64,000 nt of DNA from Flaccisagitta enflata (Eukaryota): NCBI GenBank assembly GCA_965153355.1, contig OZ231126.1:17112001-17176000 (forward strand), read 5' to 3'. Each line of letters opens with the position of its first letter. The stretch's first letter is position 1. The position numbers were made by a program, and so were the translations under genes. Below, piece after piece: positions 55,531 to 64,000 of the stretch. The notes under the pieces were generated by a model, which did not search any database, had not been told where the DNA came from, and saw nothing but the letters and a program-made list of their open reading frames with translations.

Positions 55531-55756
55531 CAGAAAGAAAGAAAGAAAGTGGAAGAAAGAGAGAGTAAGAATAAGAAACAGAAAAATGAAATGGAGGAAA
55601 AACAGAAAAATGAAAAGGAGGGGAAGAAGAAACAAGGTCAAGTAGAGTGAATCGTCCGACGTTTTCGTGACAGACAGACCAACGGACAGACCGGTCATAG
55701 CAATGCGTGTGCGCACCTGAAAAAAAGCACAAAAGAAAAAGACAAAGGATAAGATC

Positions 55757-55972
55757 AAGAAGAAGGAGAAGAAGAAGAAGAAGAAGAAGAAGAAGAAGAA
55801 GAAGAAGAAGAAGAAGAAGAAGAAGAAGAAGAAGAAGAAGAAGCAGAAGAAGAAGAGAAAAAAAGAAGAAGAAGAAGAAGAAGAAGAAGATGAAGAAGAA
55901 GAAGAAGAAGAAGAAGAAGAAGAAGAAGAAGAAGAAGAAGAAGAGGTAGAAGAAGAAGAAGAAGAAGAAGAA
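55757..55972. repeat. (GAA)n microsatellite
   Basis: Directly visible. Confidence 0.95.
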
Positions 55973-56404
55973 TTAGGAAGAAAGAGAAGATTGAGTGGAA
56001 ACGTGATGGTCATTGCGCATATGGCGAATTACCAAGTGAGGAGAAAAAAGATATTTCTCTACGGGATTCCACATATGGTTGTTTTATCACAAATACCGGA
56101 ATTTTCGTTAAACATTGACAGGACAATATGTAGCTGGGAGAATGGAAAAGGCATTTGGCTCTCTCTTGTTGCCTTTAAAATGAGTTGTAAAACTGCCTTT
56201 CCCATCTTAAAGCTAAAGGATGTCCGGATAATATTGGACAGAAATGCTTTTCTCTGTGATAAAATAGCCATATGTGGACACTCATTAGAAAATGAGTTTT
56301 TTTCTTTCTCAAAAGGAGAGGGGGGCAGTAAATGAAGACAGACAGTAAACCACCGTAGCCAGGCGGATAGAGCTGAAGATGCAGATAGAGATTTAGAGGT
56401 GAAT

Positions 56405-56510
<106 letters not shown>

Positions 56511-58045
56511 GCTGAGATGATAGGATGATAAGATGAGCTGTCACGGCTGTTAGACGAAACGTCCAATGGTTTCGAAAATTTCCGTTTTTGCATCATCAAA
56601 AACAACCATGTTTGATTCCCATGTGAATACTCTTTTCCATCATTATCACTCTCACACGTGCAATCTTATTGAACAATCAAGGATGACAGGATGATAGGAT
56701 ATGCAGATTAATCGGATTTCAAAATTTTGCGACTATCACAGAAAGAAACATAACGGTTTCATAAGCTGTTCTCCTGTTGATGCGCTTATTGGCTCTTGCT
56801 GTATGAATTCATGTCATGTCGACTGAATGTTACTTGATAACCATGTATAGCTATAGGGAAAAAAGGCAAAAGCAAAAACCCTTTTGGAGTATCAAAAAAA
56901 CAAACAAGGTCATTAGACCTAAGTCGCGTGCGTCGGCACTTTCAAAAGTCAGGCAGACAGACAGACAAACAGTTTTTTTTTTAAAGACATTTGAAACAGT
57001 TATTCACTGCTCCAAGCTTCTTCTCCACTACTTCGAGACATTTAAAACGCGATCAAAAGCCTTTAAAACAACTCTGTGACGGTCCGACGGACAAATGGAC
57101 GGACGGTCAGACGGACGGACGGACGGACGGACGGATGGACGGACGGACGGACGGACGGTTGGACGGACCGAAAAGTGGCTTATAGAGTCGCGTAGCACGC
57201 GACTAAAAAGGCAAAAACAAAGTAAACCAACGAAGAGGAGTGGTAGTGAATGGCTTATCGCAATTCACGATAATCCATTACTCTTTCTATTTTTACATAC
57301 TTTAAAGAGGATAGAAAATTATCGCTTTCCGATTGACGCTTCGTGGTCTTGGCATTGGAAATTTTTTCTTTTCTTTTAGAAATATTCTGTTTTTGATTAA
57401 CGCTTGACGATTCAGTTCAACGGCCCTGACACTTTCGTCTCAGTCTGTGATGTTGGAACTGCGAGATTATGGAGCACCCTCTCGCTCATGCCCTTTATGG
57501 GTAATTGTTTCTCAAACATGATTATTTGATGACTACTATACTTTGCAGTTGCCTTTCTTAATTAATCTAAATAATTCATGTTGTTCCGTTGAAACTTGCT
57601 GTTTACATATCCTGCCGCACAGTTCTTGATAATTAAACACTGGACGACTTCAGGGGCGTTATACGGGATGTAATGATAGGCATACTTCTAGCTGGCTAAT
57701 ATAATTTAGATGAAATCTTAGGTAAAGTGTTCCATTGCCTTCGGGTATCTACAGTTAAAATCTCAGCTTTATGGGCTGACAAGAAATGTGGATTCCATTA
57801 CAACAATCACTTGTTTCATTATGGAGGATACTGTACAAATGCAAATGCAGAACAGGCAAAATTCTGTTCTGCATTTGAACTGTATCCTCCATAATGTAAT
57901 TACATGTGATTGTTCTAGTACAACTACCGGTGCTTGCGATGACGATTCGCCAATGGATTTCTTTATGTTGCATTATCAACATCTGCTGGATAAGCAATTT
58001 TTAAGCATGAACACCGCATCAGATTTTCCAATTGCCCTCGATGTT

Positions 58046-58138
<93 letters not shown>

Positions 58139-58158
58139 AGCCCACTCACACTCTAGAG

Positions 58159-58247
<89 letters not shown>

Positions 58248-60165
58248 GCATAATGACAAACAGGAAAAAAACAGGAAAGAACAATATGTTAACAGGTTTT
58301 CACTAAAAAACGTTGACTTTTTTTTAGTGAATGCTTTTTAAATTGCAAAATGATATTGTTATTTTACCCTCCAATAAGCGCCCCCCTCCGATGAAAATAG
58401 TCTTGAATTCTTTACATTTTTCAACACATTTTGGTTTTGAATCATGAAATCAAAAAGAGTAAAAATCAGAATTGTGTTCTTTAGTTTCTGTGTAAATAAA
58501 TTACTGAAAATCACTTGAAACAATGAAAATTGATTTCATCTTTAAAAATTTTGTCCTAGTTTTATCTATCTTGCTTTAATCATAGAAGCAAAAATAGGGA
58601 GGGGGCGCTAATTAAGGGGGGATGATAAATACGGAAAATGTGTTACTCCTGTCGGTCGGTCTGTTGGTCACACTTGACTTTTTATGATTTTAAGTCGCGT
58701 GCACGCGACTCTACACCGGCTTTGTCCGTCTGTCCATCCATCCGTTGGATGGTCGGTCTGTCGGTCTGTCGGTCTGTCGGTCCGTCACACTTTTACTTTT
58801 TTTATCAATTTTATTCCCTTTAGTTATTTTAAGTCATTTTAGAGTATACTAAGTCATTCTAAGTTATGCTAAGTCATTCTGTAAGTCTCGCACGCGACTT
58901 ATAGGTGTTGGCCTTGTTATCTTTGGACCTCACTGCTCCTACCCAAATGGTCTAGTGACCTCAAATATGGCCCCTGCCCACCCACACCCTACTTTGGTAG
59001 CCGTGTATCCGGCCTTGTTCTATTGAATGTTGCCCTTCTAGCTTTGGATAAACCATCTCATGACTCTATGATTGTTAACCACAATCTGGACACCATAATA
59101 AACCACGCGTTTCTTGTTGCCCGCATAAGTCATGACATATATACGTTTTTTTTGCGAAGACCCGTTAGTATTATTTATTGTTGCAGAAAGTGAGTGGTCT
59201 CATCAAGAGAGAAACTAATGAGAACGAACAGGAGTGGAACGAATGGAGATCAATGCAAATGTATGGATCTCAGTTAATAAGAGTGATTTAGAAATTCTTA
59301 GTCGCGTGCGCGCGACTCTATCACCAGCCCTATCTGTTGGTCGGTCTGTCCGTTGGTCTGTCACACATTGCGTTTTTGGCGTTTATGGATGGTTTTGCAT
59401 TTATGTTCCTGCTTGCTTTGGCTATTTCATCACTACCCCTGCCTACCCGCGCGCGACTCGGGTAGCCGTGTATCCGGCCTTGTTTTTTTTTCTCAATGAA
59501 TCCAGCATTCATAGGCCCGCCGTCCCCTATCATTGTTTTCCGACCCCTCAGTCAGTTTGTCCATTTATCCATCACGTCTTCTCGTATATCTGCCCTTAAC
59601 TGCTTTTGGGAAGCAGTTTTCTTTTGGGTCAGATTGAGAAAGAATGTTATTAAGATACTGTTTTATGGAAAGCTAGGAGTGATACGCGTGATGACTGGTC
59701 GGTTAGGGGCTCGCGGGGCCCTCTTCCATTAATTTCAGTTTGGGTATGGTGAGGAATATGATTCCTCCTGTTATGAAGGTTAAGAGATGTCAAAAACATG
59801 ATAGAAATGAGAGATGAAGAAGTAAAGAGAAAATCCTCGAGATCGCGTCGAGGAGAAGATATGCTATCAGGCGACCCACCCACCTACTTACACATCAAGT
59901 CGCCCACCTGAACTTGATCATCATTAGGTCGTCACTGATCCATCCGTCGGTTCTCTCGTTCGCCCAATCGTAACGCCGACAGTTTTCAAATAATTACCCC
60001 ATGCACCGCTGAACGCACTCCTGAGTTTCTCCGTTACGGCACTGCCTTTCAACGAAAGACAAAGTCCGCCATATGTTCGACCATGGTTTAAGATACAAAT
60101 TGTCTTGATGGGAACAAAAGGACTGTGGTGCAAGAGGTACTTTCATGAAGATGTGAGCACTGAAG

Positions 60166-60840
60166 CAGGGCCGTGGAGAGGGGGGTTTACCCCCTCTGAG
60201 AAGGGGGGCCCGGGCCCCAAGGGGGCCTGGGGGCCCCTGAAGTAAGGAAAAAAAGAAAAAAAAAGAAAAAACAGAAAAAAGAAAAAGAAAAAAAAAGGAA
60301 GAAAGAGGGGAAAGGTAAAAAGAGTTGAATAATTTTGAACCAATTAAGATTAAATTAAGCATGGGCCTTGTTAAAGTTTACAAGTTAATTTAAACAAATT
60401 CAGACATGCCTACTGCTATAATCTCAATTACTAACTTTTTTCAATTTACTTTTTTAGGGCTTGCTAATTCAATCATATTTGAGCTCTTGTAAAGTTGACA
60501 AATAATTTCGTAGGACATTTTTTTGAATTGATTGACAGTATTCTGAAATGTTTTTAAGTTTTTGCCTTTCCTTGCTCTGATTTTTTTGTTACAAAAAGAA
60601 AAAAAAAATTAAACAAAAAAATTTTTGCAAAGACCAATATAAGGTTGCATATTTTGCAGGTAAAAATTTGAGCATTTTTCAAAGCAATATATTGATCACA
60701 CAAAATTGACAAATTATAAAGTGACCGGGGGATGAGGGGGGGGAGCATAGAGGGAGGATAGCGGGGGAGCACTGAGGGAAGAAGGGGGGCCTGGCCATAT
60801 GGGCCTGAGGGGGGGGCCGCCATTTCTCTCCACGGCCCTG
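60166..60840. mobile_element. hAT-type MITE
   Basis: Perfect 15-bp TIR cagggccgtggagag / ctctccacggccctg; perfect 8-bp TSD cactgaag. Confidence 0.9.
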
Positions 60841-60933
60841 CACTGAAGGATAAACGGCTGCTGCCTCGCACTCTCTTCTTTTTCCTTTTCCGCGCTCTCT
60901 TTCCGACTTTTCCCCGATCTCCCTAATCACCCT

Positions 60934-62397
60934 AATACGACAACCAAATCTGGCGTTTTCCACTGCTTGACCCTTGCCGATCATTTGTTTTTGAAGGTGG
61001 CCTGTTGCCGATTCTCTACATGCTGATCAGCGCTCCTTATGACTATGTCCAAAAGTTAAAAACAAAAAACCCTGCCAAAACATCATTAGGGCGGGGACTA
61101 GCATGACACTTTTGAGATGTAAAAAACATGCAAAAAAGTCAATTTAAAGCGTTCTAAGCAGTAGGGAGAGTCTGTCAGCGTCGATTTTGAGCTGATTCAC
61201 AAAATCACTCTATATAAGTATGCTGGAGGTGGTAAAACAGAGTTGGGGGATTTTGACTCACCAGGGGCCTAAATTTCAACTCTGAAATAGATAATGTCAA
61301 TAAGTAGGCACTTAGCGTTTTGACAAAAAAATGGGTCTGACGGTGGAAAAAGTCCAAATTTGAGAATTTTTTTTTGAAAAAAATACAATTTCAGCAATCC
61401 CTGACTACATTTTCAGCTTTCTGGAAGCCTTTTTAGTTGGTTTATGGCTCTAAATTGAGTACAAAAAGATAAAGGTTGTTGTCGTCGTATACACTCATAT
61501 AAGGGAGCAGGTTGTTGGTAGCTGTAAGCCTAAATTTGTTTTTTAGAGCTTGGAAATGGTGTGTTGAGCCCCTGGGAGCTTAAAAAAAGTAGAATCAAGA
61601 AAAAGAATGAAAAAATTTCCATTGATTTTAATAAAACGATTGAAAAACTTAATCGGCAAAAATGTTAATTTTGACCACTATGGTTTTTAAGGCAATTTTG
61701 GCTTAAAATGGCTCATTCAAAAATATTTTGCTTCCTCAAAGCATACTTAGACTCTATTCAGTCCCAACAGGGTTGTTTAAATGCAGAAAATCCATAGAAA
61801 AAAACCTGATTTATTATCACCCCTGTTTAAATAGTGAATACGACAACCAAATCTGGCGTTTTCTACTGCTTGACCCTCGCCGATCATTTGTTTTGAAGGT
61901 GGCCTGTTGCCGATTCTCTACATGCTGATCAGCGCTCCTTATGACTATGTCCAAAAGTTAAAAACAAAAAACCCTGCCAAAACATCATTAGGGCGGGGAC
62001 TAGCATGACACTTTTGAGATGTAAAAAACATGCAAAAAAGTCAATTTAAAGCGTTCTAAGCAGTAGGGAGAGTCTGTCAGCGTCGATTTTGAGCTGATTC
62101 ACAAAATCACTCTATATAAGTATGCTGGAGGTGGTAAAACAGAGTTGGGGGATTTTGACTCACCAGGGGCCTAAATTTCAACTCTGAAATAGATAATGTC
62201 AATAAGTAGGCACTTAGCGTTTTGACAAAAAAATGGGTCTGACGGTGGAAAAAGTCCAAATTTGAGAATTTTTTTGAAAAAAATACAATTTCAGCAATCC
62301 CTGACTACATTTTCAGCTTTCTTGAAGCCTTTTTAGTTGGTTTATGGCTCTAAATTGAGTACAAAAAGATAAAGGTTGTTGTCGTTGTATACACTCA
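60934..62397. repeat. Two near-identical ~560-bp direct repeats (60934-61497, 61837-62397)
   Basis: aatacgacaaccaaatctggcg...gtatacactca repeated at 903-bp offset with very few differences. Confidence 0.92.
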
Positions 62398-62588
62398 GAT
62401 TTCATATCACTTTTTTTATCTGACACATTCATCTTCGTTTTGTTTTTTCCTCGACGTCTTTTAAATCAAAATTAGGCACTGCTTAGCACCATCATTTTCA
62501 CTTTCTGTCGAACTGCTTGTCTGCCCATTTTAATCTATTCATACTTTGATATCTTACAGCCTGTCTTTGTCTTTCTCTCATGTCTCTA

Positions 62589-62768
<180 letters not shown>

Positions 62769-63201
62769 AGTAACAAGAACACGCAACTGTTCAGTGTTCA
62801 CCGCCGTCAGCTTAAATTAAGTTTTGCTCTCGTTGATTCATTCTTACGCACAAGTCAAAATAAAGAGTCGCGTGTGCATGATTGAGGACTGAAAGAGACA
62901 CGGGAAAGAAGTGGGATGTACGCGTCTTGCTATCAATTTCGCGTGTGCAAACAACGAAGATCCACCCCTGCATGCTTCGAATATTCGATCATTCGTTCAG
63001 TTAAATTGGGAGCACACCGTATGCAGTATTGTCATACGAGTCATCAGGGACGTGGAGAACATCGATGGGCTCCTCCACATGCTTCCTTGCCGCTCCCCCC
63101 ACCCCCCCCCCCCCTATTCATTTTCGTCCTTATGTTTCCTCTCAACTAGTTCCTTTTCAGTGATTGACAATTAAGGATCTTGAGCATTTTTTACTTTTTT
63201 T

Positions 63202-63578
<377 letters not shown>

Positions 63579-64000
63579 TTGACTGCCGGAAGGAATACAT
63601 CGCGAGCTAACCCTTGGCTCTTGACTTCCGATGACAAATATGAAGAGAGCAAACTCATTTTCGGGGGAACAAAAGATTCCCCTATGGGCATGCGTGTATG
63701 CGTGTATGCGTGCGAGCGTGTATGCGTGTATGCGTGCGAGCGTGTAAACTTGGGTGTATGAGTGTGCATGTGCGTGTTTTCTTGCGCGTTTTTGAACCAT
63801 TGAGTGTTCGTTGGTAGAATGTTTATTCCGAAAATACTACCCAGTTTCAGGAATATAAAGAAATAGAGCGGGATTTTTCATTTCCTGGCGTTGTCATAAT
63901 CTTGCCCAAATTCAGCAAGTGACGCGGGTCACAATATCGTTGCTGACGGGTAGGCAGGAGCATACAACCCACATCCATACCTTCCCCGACCCTATGCTCA

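Noticed and set aside
55183-56013. Longest ORF in the track (276 aa) and the ERER/SLSL/VCVC/HTHT ORFs throughout
   Set aside because: Translations of microsatellites and the 21-bp TE array.
57817-57897. ~80-bp hairpin as a candidate pre-miRNA
   Set aside because: In a window full of palindromic MITEs a tiny TIR remnant is the simpler reading; no expression evidence available.

Overview
Eukaryotic, very probably invertebrate-animal, genomic DNA: AT-rich, dense in microsatellites and mostly non-autonomous transposon sequence. Most ORFs in the supplied track are translations of simple repeats or TEs. Reading splice sites by hand gives eight + strand exons (15873-54517) that join in frame, with one ambiguous junction, into part of a Friend-of-GATA / U-shaped (ZFPM-like) protein. 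It has a degenerate PR(SET)-like domain, an acidic linker, a Pro/Ser/poly-Ala region, one FOG-type CCHC zinc finger (CALCGIKFSSSSTLDAHVSYYCS) and a Gly/Ala exon. I could not find the start codon or the remaining fingers in this window. Introns and upstream DNA hold an ~88-bp satellite with higher-order structure, two copies of a foldback element with ~0.9-kb arms, and many DINE-1/HINE-like (Helentron-associated) elements. They also hold hAT-type MITEs with 8-bp TSDs, TA-target MITEs, CAC..GTG-ended (Transib/Chapaev-like) elements, hAT and Tc1 transposase remnants, and nested insertion stacks. No rRNA, tRNA or CRISPR array is supportable. I see no clearly new biological system. TE superfamily calls rest on terminus and TSD patterns only, with no database search.
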